Assembly (NCBI GenBank): GCA_020348445.1
Contig: CP070751.1
Coordinates: 1,370,518 to 1,380,818 of the forward strand
DNA: 10,301 bases
From: Thermoplasmata archaeon
GTDB lineage: Archaea; Thermoplasmatota; Thermoplasmata; GCA-020350865
Direction: 5' to 3'
The position numbers were made by a program, and so were the translations under genes. Below the pieces are notes generated by a model. That model was not told the origin of the DNA and ran no database searches. It saw only the letters and a program-made list of their open reading frames with translations. Of this stretch, positions 1 to 6,490 are shown piece after piece (positions within the stretch are counted from its first letter, which is position 1; each line of letters begins with the position of its first letter).

Positions 1-1
1 A

Positions 2-838
2 GGCGTTATTGGCGCTGGTCAGATGGGGCACGGCATCGCCCTAGTGGCTGCTAAAGCTGGTTTTGACGTGATTTTAAGAGACATTAAAGATGAGTATGTT
101 AAAAAGGGTTTGAGTAAGATAGAGCGTTTTCTTGATAAAAGCATCGAGAAAGGGAAGATGAATGCAAATGAAAAGAATACGATTCTTTCCCACATAAAGG
201 GGACTACCAAGCTTGAGGATCTCAAAGATGTTGATATCGTTATTGAAGCGATCTTTGAAAATGTGGAAGTCAAGAAACAATTGTTTAAGGATCTCGATAA
301 GATTTGTAAGAAGGAGACATTTTTTGCATCGAACACGTCAACCATTCCGATAACCGATCTCGCCTCGGTTACTACAAGACCTGAACATTTCATTGGCATG
401 CATTTCATGAATCCTGTTCCTATTATGAAACTTGTAGAGGTTATACGAGGGTTGAGAACATCTGATGAAACAGCATCTTTAATTAATAAACTTGCAGAAA
501 AAATGGGAAAAGTACCTGTCGAAGTGAATGATGGACCTGGCTTTGTATCAAACCGTGTGCTTATACCTATGATAAACGAAGCAGTATTCTGCCTTATGGA
601 TGGTACAGGTACTGCTGAATCTATTGACAATGTCATGAAGCTAGGTATGAACCATCCAATGGGGCCATTAGAGTTGGCTGATCTTATAGGTTTAGATGTT
701 TGTCTGGATATAATGAACGTGTTGTACCAAGGGTTTAATGATTCTAAATATCGACCGTGTCCGTTATTGAAAAAGATGGTACAAGCAGGCCATCTCGGAA
801 GAAAAACAGGGAAAGGATTTTATGATTACAATAAGTAG
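2..838 (+). CDS. hbd: 3-hydroxybutyryl-CoA / 3-hydroxyacyl-CoA dehydrogenase, 5'-partial (start lies left of the window)
   Basis: The frame is open from nt 2: [13 protein letters not shown] contains the Rossmann GxGxxG motif, so the track's ATG at 23 is internal. Also has acidic RD after beta-2, [15 protein letters not shown], catalytic [28 protein letters not shown] and [11 protein letters not shown]. Stop TAG at 836-838. Confidence 0.92.
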   Translation, partial: GVIGAGQMGHGIALVAAKAGFDVILRDIKDEYVKKGLSKIERFLDKSIEKGKMNANEKNTILSHIKGTTKLEDLKDVDIVIEAIFENVEVKKQLFKDLDKICKKETFFASNTSTIPITDLASVTTRPEHFIGMHFMNPVPIMKLVEVIRGLRTSDETASLINKLAEKMGKVPVEVNDGPGFVSNRVLIPMINEAVFCLMDGTGTAESIDNVMKLGMNHPMGPLELADLIGLDVCLDIMNVLYQGFNDSKYRPCPLLKKMVQAGHLGRKTGKGFYDYNK

Positions 839-842
839 GTGG
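837..842 (+). promoter_or_regulatory. Shine-Dalgarno site (AGGTGG) for crt, overlapping the hbd stop codon
   Basis: AGGTGG lies 7 nt upstream of ATG 850 and resembles the extended GGAGGTGA anti-SD complement. Confidence 0.6.
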
Positions 843-849
843 TTATGTT

Positions 850-1629
850 ATGGCCTATAGAAACATAATTATAGAGAAAAAAGATGGTGTCGGAACCATT
901 AAAATCAATAGACCCAAGGTGTTGAATGCCTTAAACAAAGACACCGTGGGGGAGTTTTCAAAAGCAGTTGGAGAACTAGAACAAGATAAAAACATAAAAG
1001 TCGCCATATTAACTGGTGAGGGGAAGGCGTTTATCGCTGGGGCTGACATAGGAGAGATGAAAGATATGAGCTCATTAGAGGCCAAAGAATTCGCTGAGAT
1101 AGGACATAATCTGTTAATGAAGATTGAAAACTCTCGAATCCCCTTTATTGCAGCGGTTAACGGATATGCACTTGGTGGTGGATGTGAGGTATTGATGGCA
1201 TGTGACATTTGTATTGCTGGTGTGAGTGCAAAGATTGGTCAACCTGAGATTAACTTGGGGATTCATCCTGGTTTTGGAGGTACACAACGGCTACCAAGAC
1301 TTGTAGGGCGGATGAAGGCGAAGGATCTCCTCCTTACAGGTCGTAGCATTGATGCAAAAGAAGCCTTTCAAATTGGATTGGTAAACAAGGTTGTTGAAGA
1401 TGAAAAACTCATAGATGAGGCTAGGAAACTAGCTAATATGATTGCAGAGAAGTCTTCAGTACAGACCGGTTTCATAAAGTCACTGGTAAATAAAGGTGCT
1501 GACATTGATTTACATTCAGCGTGTTCTTTGGAGATTTCATATTTCTCATCGAGTTTCTCTACAGAGGACCAGAAAGAGGGTATGACAGCTTTTCTTGAAA
1601 AAAGAAAACCCATGTTTAAGGGAAAATAA
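850..1629 (+). CDS. crt: Enoyl-CoA hydratase / 3-hydroxybutyryl-CoA dehydratase (crotonase)
   Basis: Motifs INRPKVLNALN, KAFIAGADIGEM (oxyanion hole), NGYALGGGCE (catalytic Glu), GQPEINLGIHPGFGGTQRLPRLVG (second Glu) and C-terminal EGMTAFLEKRKP. Confidence 0.92.
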   Translation: MAYRNIIIEKKDGVGTIKINRPKVLNALNKDTVGEFSKAVGELEQDKNIKVAILTGEGKAFIAGADIGEMKDMSSLEAKEFAEIGHNLLMKIENSRIPFIAAVNGYALGGGCEVLMACDICIAGVSAKIGQPEINLGIHPGFGGTQRLPRLVGRMKAKDLLLTGRSIDAKEAFQIGLVNKVVEDEKLIDEARKLANMIAEKSSVQTGFIKSLVNKGADIDLHSACSLEISYFSSSFSTEDQKEGMTAFLEKRKPMFKGK

Positions 1630-1641
1630 AAATTTTCTTTT
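1622..1641. terminator. Putative bidirectional oligo-T terminator at the convergent crt/meaB junction
   Basis: Only 10 nt separate the two stops. The + strand reads TTTTCTTTT (1633-1641) after the crt stop, and the - strand reads TTTTTATTTT (1632-1623) after the meaB stop. GAAAAT/ATTTTC forms an inverted repeat (1622-1627/1632-1637). Confidence 0.5.
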
Positions 1642-2581
1642 ACTTCAGAATTTTACCTAGTATTTCATCTGCAGCAGTATACGGATCAACTTCCTTTTTG
1701 CTCATCTGGTCAATAAGTGATTCAACCTTGCCTGTAAACTTTGGCTCATCGAAAATAAAATCCATAAGTCGTTTCCGGATGATTTCAACAAGCTCAGCTT
1801 CATAACGCTTCCTTCGCTGTGCATCAAATCTTTTGGTTTTTTTCAAATATTCTCTATGCTTATCGATTTCATAAATTAGTTCACTAATTCCTTTGCTTTC
1901 TTTAGCAATAGTTGAAAGAACAGGTGTCTTTCTGTCCCTGTCTGTATTTGCAATATCAATATAACTCTCTATCTCAGCAATGGTTTGTTCGACACCCGAT
2001 CGGTCAGCCTTATTTACCACAAATATGTCAGCAATCTCCATAACACCTGCTTTAATTGTTTGAATAGAGTCACCAAGACCTGGAACCAAAACAACAAGTG
2101 TGGTATCAGCGATCTTTATCACATCCACCTCTGCCTGACCTATACCAACAGTTTCAACCATTACAATATCCTTACCAGATGCATCAAGGATCTCTACAAC
2201 ATCATACACAGCACTAGTTAGCCCACCAAGCATACCACGAGTTCCCATACTTCGAATAAAGACACCATCATCAGTGGCAAGCTCCATCATCCTCACTCGA
2301 TCTCCTAGCAAAGCACCACCGCTAAACGGACTCGTGGGATCAATGGCGATTATACCAACTTTTAACCCCTGTTGTCGGTATTCACGAGTAAGCTCATAAA
2401 TCAACGTACTCTTTCCACTCCCCATCACCCCAGTGATACCTATAACATAAGCATTGCCCGTATGAGGATGGATATCTTTCATTGCGCTCATAACATCAGG
2501 ATCATTGTTTTCAGCTAAGGTGATTAAACGAGCAATGGATCGAGCATCACCCTTTAAAACCTTGGCAACAATTTCATTCAT
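1640..2581 (-). CDS. meaB: MeaB/ArgK-family GTPase, G-protein chaperone of B12-dependent acyl-CoA mutase
   Basis: Motifs [10 protein letters not shown]-loop [62 protein letters not shown]. The start overlaps the small-subunit stop (ATGA, 2578-2581), suggesting translational coupling. Confidence 0.92.
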   Translation of the reverse strand: MNEIVAKVLKGDARSIARLITLAENNDPDVMSAMKDIHPHTGNAYVIGITGVMGSGKSTLIYELTREYRQQGLKVGIIAIDPTSPFSGGALLGDRVRMMELATDDGVFIRSMGTRGMLGGLTSAVYDVVEILDASGKDIVMVETVGIGQAEVDVIKIADTTLVVLVPGLGDSIQTIKAGVMEIADIFVVNKADRSGVEQTIAEIESYIDIANTDRDRKTPVLSTIAKESKGISELIYEIDKHREYLKKTKRFDAQRRKRYEAELVEIIRKRLMDFIFDEPKFTGKVESLIDQMSKKEVDPYTAADEILGKILK

Positions 2582-2973
2582 CGTTTCACATTCTTCCTGA
2601 TAAACTCAACAATCTCCTCACAATGAGTACCTGGTCCAAAAACACCTGTAACACCCGCTTTTTTCAACTTGGGAACATCCTCCTCTGGGATGATACCGCC
2701 ACCAACAACCAAAACATCCTCAATACCTTTCTTCTTTAAAAGCTGGGTGACATCTAAAAACAATGTCATATGTGCACCAGACAACAAACTCAGACCAATA
2801 ACATCTACATCCTCCTGGACTGCAGATTCTACAATCATTTCAGCTGTCTGATGCAAACCAGTGTATACAACCTCCATACCAGCATCTCGCAGTGCACGAG
2901 CGACGATCTTTGCACCACGGTCATGACCATCAAGTCCAGGTTTTGCCACAAGCACCCTAATCTTCCGTTCCAT
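2578..2973 (-). CDS. Acyl-CoA mutase small subunit, stand-alone cobalamin-binding domain (methylmalonyl-CoA mutase C-terminal / IcmB-like)
   Basis: [12 protein letters not shown] (DxHxxG, base-off/His-on), [17 protein letters not shown] (SxL) and VVGGGIIP (GG). SD AAGGAGG at 2984-2990. Confidence 0.93.
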   Translation of the reverse strand: MERKIRVLVAKPGLDGHDRGAKIVARALRDAGMEVVYTGLHQTAEMIVESAVQEDVDVIGLSLLSGAHMTLFLDVTQLLKKKGIEDVLVVGGGIIPEEDVPKLKKAGVTGVFGPGTHCEEIVEFIRKNVKR

Positions 2974-2983
2974 TTCAGCACAT

Positions 2984-2990
2984 CCTCCTT
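2984..2990 (-). promoter_or_regulatory. Shine-Dalgarno site (AAGGAGG) for the mutase small subunit
   Basis: Overlaps the large-subunit TAA and lies 10 nt upstream of ATG 2973. Confidence 0.7.
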
Positions 2991-4665
2991 AATACATAGC
3001 AGGTTCTGTATATTCTCCAAAAACCTCTCTCAAAACATTACAGGTTTCACCTAAGGTAGCATAAGCATGCACACAGTCAAGAATATATGGCATAAGATTC
3101 TCATCACCTTCTGCTGCTTTCCCAAGGCGATCGAGGTTCTTATCAACCTTTGACTGATTTCTTTCCCTCCGCAGTTTCTTTAACCTATTGATTTGACGTT
3201 GTTCGCCTTTCTCATCCATCTCTAAAATCGGGATAGAAAGTGGTTCATCCATCTTATACTTATTTACGCCAACGATTACACGGTTGTTTTCATCAATTTC
3301 TTTCTGATACTTATAAGCACTTTCAGCGATTTCACGCTGGTAAAATCCTTTTTCAATTGCCGGTAACACTCCACCAAGTTTTTCGGCTCTGTCAAAATAT
3401 TTGTAGGTTTCCTCCTCCATTTTATCCGTTAGCCACTCAACATAATATGAACCACCTAATGGGTCAATGGTATTGGTGACTCCGCTTTCCTCAGCAATGA
3501 TCTGCTGCGTTCGTAAAGCGATGCGCGATGCTTTTTCGGAAGGTAAGGCCAACGCTTCATCCATAGAATTCGTGTGTAACGATTGTGTACCACCTAATAT
3601 TGCAGATAGAGCCTGTAGTGTTACACGAGCAATATTAATCTCAGGCTGCTGAGCAGTCAAAGAAACACCAGCAGTTTGGGTATGAAAACGCATAAGTAAG
3701 GAACGGGGTTTCTTAGCACCTAGCTTTTTCAACTCCCTAGCCCAAATGCGACGAGCAGCGCGATACTTTGCGATCTCCTCAAAGAAATCACTATGTGCAT
3801 TAAAAAAGAAACTCAATCTATATGCAAAATCATCAATCTTTAGACCACGCTCCATTGCAGCCTTCACATACTCAAGCCCATCGCCAAGTGTGAACGCTAA
3901 CTCTTGAACCGCTGTAGCACCAGCCTCGCGGATGTGATACCCGCTAATACTAATCGTATTCCAACGAGGAACTTCTTTAAACCCATACTCGAACGTGTCA
4001 ATAATCAAACGCATACTAGGTTCCGGAGGGAAAATAAAAGATTTCTGTGCAATATATTCTTTTAAAATATCGTTTTGAATTGTACCGCCAATCCCGCGTT
4101 TATTGATGCCCCTATTCTCAGCATTCGCAATATACATCGCCCAAATAATTGCTGCAGGGCCATTAATTGTCATGCTGGTAGTAATCTTGTCCACAGGTAT
4201 GCCTCTGAATAAAATCTCCATATCCTTCAAGCTACTAACTGCAACACCACACTTCCCAAACTCACCACGAGAATGAGGATCATCCGTATCATATCCGTAC
4301 AATGTTGGATAATCAAAAGCTACGCTCAAACCTGTTTCACCATGTTCTAACAGATATTTATAACGCTTATTTGTCTCCTCAGCGCCTCCAAAACCAGAAA
4401 ACATACGCATAGTCCACAAACGACCACGATACATCGTCGAATGGATGCCACGGAGAAATGGATATTCTCCAGGGAAACCCAAATCCTTGATGTAATCTAA
4501 ATGAGCAACATCCTCGGGAGTATATAGGTTCTTTATCGTAATCCAAGATAAATTTTCAAATTTTTTTTTCTGTTCGGGATTATCTTTTACCAATTTAGAG
4601 TAGCAGTTTTTTTCCCATAGAGTTCTTTTTTCTTTTACTTGGTTCAACTCTTCTTTATCATTCAT
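2989..4665 (-). CDS. Methylmalonyl-CoA mutase family large (substrate-binding TIM-barrel) subunit with an isobutyryl-CoA mutase (IcmA)-type active site, 558 aa
   Basis: Motifs [68 protein letters not shown] and [10 protein letters not shown]. No C-terminal B12 domain. I moved the start from 4707 to ATG 4665 because GGGAGG (4674-4679) precedes it and the 4707 start would overlap the adenosyltransferase gene. Family confidence is high; substrate assignment is inference. Confidence 0.92.
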   Translation of the reverse strand: MNDKEELNQVKEKRTLWEKNCYSKLVKDNPEQKKKFENLSWITIKNLYTPEDVAHLDYIKDLGFPGEYPFLRGIHSTMYRGRLWTMRMFSGFGGAEETNKRYKYLLEHGETGLSVAFDYPTLYGYDTDDPHSRGEFGKCGVAVSSLKDMEILFRGIPVDKITTSMTINGPAAIIWAMYIANAENRGINKRGIGGTIQNDILKEYIAQKSFIFPPEPSMRLIIDTFEYGFKEVPRWNTISISGYHIREAGATAVQELAFTLGDGLEYVKAAMERGLKIDDFAYRLSFFFNAHSDFFEEIAKYRAARRIWARELKKLGAKKPRSLLMRFHTQTAGVSLTAQQPEINIARVTLQALSAILGGTQSLHTNSMDEALALPSEKASRIALRTQQIIAEESGVTNTIDPLGGSYYVEWLTDKMEEETYKYFDRAEKLGGVLPAIEKGFYQREIAESAYKYQKEIDENNRVIVGVNKYKMDEPLSIPILEMDEKGEQRQINRLKKLRRERNQSKVDKNLDRLGKAAEGDENLMPYILDCVHAYATLGETCNVLREVFGEYTEPAMY

Positions 4666-4673
4666 ACAAGTGT

Positions 4674-4679
4674 CCTCCC
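4674..4679 (-). promoter_or_regulatory. Shine-Dalgarno site (GGGAGG) for the mutase large subunit
   Basis: Lies in the 16-nt gap after the cobO stop, 8 nt upstream of ATG 4665. Confidence 0.7.
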
Positions 4680-4681
4680 GT

Positions 4682-5206
4682 TTAGTAGTCAATACCTTTC
4701 CGGGCAATTACACCATTGTGGTAGGGATGTTTTATCTCAAGCATCTCAGTGACAAGATCTGCCATCTTTATTAACTCAGGATGAGCATACCTCCCTGTTA
4801 AAATTAGTTCAACTTTTTCTGGTTTTTCTTCAACGAGTTTCAGCACATCATCTAGAGATATAAGGTTATAGTCAATGGCAACGTTTATCTCATCAAGGAT
4901 AACAATATCATATTTTCCTTTTTTCACGATCTCCTGGGCATGTACAAAACCTTGCTGCGCTAAATCGATATCAATTTGCTCTGGATTTTCTTTTGATACA
5001 AATTCATCGCGACCATACTGGACAATGGTAAAATTGGTGAGATTTTCTGTCGTATCTAGCTCGCTATACCGTCTTCCTTTCATAAATTGGATCATATACA
5101 CCTTAAGACCTGCACCGGCAGCCCGTATTCCTAATCCAAGTGCAACAGTGGTTTTGCCTTTTCCGGGTCCAGTATATACATGAATATAGCCTTTTTCTAA
5201 TGACAT
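4682..5206 (-). CDS. cobO: Cob(I)yrinic acid a,c-diamide / corrinoid adenosyltransferase, CobA/CobO/BtuR type
   Basis: Motifs [13 protein letters not shown] (CobA-type P-loop), [23 protein letters not shown] and [22 protein letters not shown]. Confidence 0.92.
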   Translation of the reverse strand: MSLEKGYIHVYTGPGKGKTTVALGLGIRAAGAGLKVYMIQFMKGRRYSELDTTENLTNFTIVQYGRDEFVSKENPEQIDIDLAQQGFVHAQEIVKKGKYDIVILDEINVAIDYNLISLDDVLKLVEEKPEKVELILTGRYAHPELIKMADLVTEMLEIKHPYHNGVIARKGIDY

Positions 5207-5233
5207 AATTTCCTTCCTTTAATCGGATAGGTT

Positions 5234-5249
5234 GTTATATTTCTTTCTT
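5234..5249 (-). promoter_or_regulatory. Possible BRE-TATA promoter for the cobO-mutase-meaB operon
   Basis: The - strand reads AAGAAAGA-AATATAAC, with the TATA-like box starting ~35 nt before ATG 5206. The match to consensus is weak. Confidence 0.25.
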
Positions 5250-5279
5250 TTATCTCAATTTTTCTCCTGTGCTACATAT

Positions 5280-5292
5280 AGAAAGCTTTATG
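5280..5292 (+). promoter_or_regulatory. Archaeal-type BRE-TATA promoter (AGAAAGC-TTTATG), probably giving a leaderless acyl-CoA dehydrogenase transcript
   Basis: A purine-rich BRE directly precedes TTTATG (5287-5292), whose first T is 31 nt before ATG 5318. This ATG has no SD, unlike the internal genes. Confidence 0.55.
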
Positions 5293-5317
5293 TTTACTAA
5301 TTTTATTCCCAGCCCCA

Positions 5318-6457
5318 ATGAGATTAGAATTAAATGATCAACAGAAGATGATACAAAAGATGGTAAGAGAGTTCGCTGAAAAAGAAATAGCACCAATAGC
5401 CGCAGAATTAGACAAAAAAGAAGAATACCCTACAAAAATCCTTGAAAAAATGGCCAAACTCGGGCTTCTTGGAAGCATTATACCGACTGAATATGGGGGA
5501 GCGGGCCTTGATACAATCAGCTATGCGGCAATAATTGAAGAAATATCCCGAAAATGTGCATCGACAGGGGTTATTACCTCTGTGCATAACTCTCTTGTTG
5601 CCTCGCCGATAATAAAATATGGCACCGATGAACAGAAAAAGAAATATCTTCCAATTCTTGCAAAAGGAGAGAAAATCGGGGCGTTTGCTGGTACAGAACC
5701 TAATGCTGGTTCTGATCTTGGATCGATGAAAACAACCGCGGTGCTTAAGGGTAACAAATACATCATAAATGGCGATAAAACATTTATCACTAGTGGTCCC
5801 AAGGCTGGTGTTATCATTGTTTTTGCTGTAACTGATAAAAGTGCTGGGGCAAATGGGATTAGTGCTTTTATTGTCGAGAGCGATATGAAGGGGTACAAGG
5901 TTGGTAGTATCTATGAAAAACTAGGTATAAATGCATCTCAGACTTCAGAACTTATTTTCGAAGACATGGAGGTCCCTAGGGAAAACCTTCTAGGCAAGGA
6001 GGGTGAAGGATTCAAAATCGCTTTAAGTACTTTAGATGGTGGAAGAATTGGTATCGCTGCACAGGCTGTTGGTATTGCTCAAGCAGCACTTGATGAGAGT
6101 ATAGAATATTCAAAGCAGAGACAACAGTTTGGAAGACCGATATCTAAATTTCAGGCTATACAATGGATGATAGTTGATATGGCTACCCATATCGAAGGAG
6201 CAAGATATCTAGTCTATAACGCAGCCTATGTAAAAGATAAGGGTGAACGTTTCAGCAAAGAGGCGGCGATGGCCAAACTTTTTGCGTCAGAGACTGCAGT
6301 AGATGCCGTGATAAAGGCAGTGCAAATCCATGGCGGCTACGGATATACAAAGGAGTACACCGTTGAACGTTTGTTCAGAGATGCTAAGATTACGGAGATA
6401 TATGAAGGTACTTCAGAGGTGCAAAGAATGGTAATAGCAGGTAGCCTGCTCAAATAA
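5318..6457 (+). CDS. Acyl-CoA dehydrogenase, short-chain / butyryl-CoA dehydrogenase (Bcd)-like
   Basis: Motifs EYGGAGLD, YGTDEQKKKYLP, TEPNAGSD, NGDKTFITSG, TLDGGRIGIAAQAVGIA, RQQFGRPI, QIHGGYGY and ERLFRDAKITEIYEGTSEVQR (catalytic Glu). Confidence 0.93.
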   Translation: MRLELNDQQKMIQKMVREFAEKEIAPIAAELDKKEEYPTKILEKMAKLGLLGSIIPTEYGGAGLDTISYAAIIEEISRKCASTGVITSVHNSLVASPIIKYGTDEQKKKYLPILAKGEKIGAFAGTEPNAGSDLGSMKTTAVLKGNKYIINGDKTFITSGPKAGVIIVFAVTDKSAGANGISAFIVESDMKGYKVGSIYEKLGINASQTSELIFEDMEVPRENLLGKEGEGFKIALSTLDGGRIGIAAQAVGIAQAALDESIEYSKQRQQFGRPISKFQAIQWMIVDMATHIEGARYLVYNAAYVKDKGERFSKEAAMAKLFASETAVDAVIKAVQIHGGYGYTKEYTVERLFRDAKITEIYEGTSEVQRMVIAGSLLK

Positions 6458-6477
6458 TATATGCTCCAGTAGAATTC

Positions 6478-6483
6478 AGGTGA
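6478..6483 (+). promoter_or_regulatory. Shine-Dalgarno site (AGGTGA) for the acyl-CoA ligase
   Basis: AGGTGA lies 7 nt upstream of ATG 6491. Confidence 0.7.
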
Positions 6484-6490
6484 GATAGTT

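Noticed and set aside
23-25. Track start for hbd at ATG 23
   Set aside because: This Met lies inside the GAGQMG nucleotide-binding motif and the frame is open to the window edge, so the true start is upstream.
19-636. 205-aa antisense ORF, and the other short overlapping track ORFs (74-280, 855-1208, 1368-1613, 1985-2221, 2669-2851, 2770-3054, 2835-3020, 3240-3479, 3467-3652, 4875-5183, 5521-5898, 6763-7251, 8193-9458)
   Set aside because: All lie wholly or almost wholly within well-supported genes, show no recognisable motifs, and have the Ser/Ile/Phe-rich composition expected of shadow frames.
845-868. Out-of-frame ATG five bases before the crt start
   Set aside because: It is only 2 nt from the SD, too close for efficient initiation. 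ATG 850 has normal spacing.
4561-4569. A9 homopolymer on the coding strand of the mutase large subunit (possible slippage or phase-variation site)
   Set aside because: The frame is intact (Lys-Lys-Lys), such runs are expected in AT-rich DNA, and no alternative-frame product is apparent.
2989-4665. Annotation as ordinary methylmalonyl-CoA mutase, ethylmalonyl-CoA mutase, or Aquincola-type (S)-specific HcmA
   Set aside because: Tyr89/Arg207 are replaced by Phe/Gln, which argues against carboxylated substrates, and the Ile/Asp pair of HcmA is Phe/Ala here.
4666-4707. 14-aa N-terminal extension of the mutase large subunit (track start 4707)
   Set aside because: It overlaps the cobO 3' end, and a good SD sits right before ATG 4665.
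5250-5268. Orphan SD AGGAG followed by TTG-AGA-TAA on the - strand upstream of cobO (micro-uORF or relic of a lost gene)
   Set aside because: A two-codon ORF with a weak start in a purine-rich tract arises easily by chance, and it may lie outside the transcript.
6461-6472. ATG-CTC-CAG-TAG mini-ORF in frame with the ligase, also followed by AAT as at the etfB/etfA junction
   Set aside because: It has no SD, the ligase has its own AGGTGA site downstream, and readthrough would add only 10 residues. The shared TAGAAT hexamer is plausibly chance.
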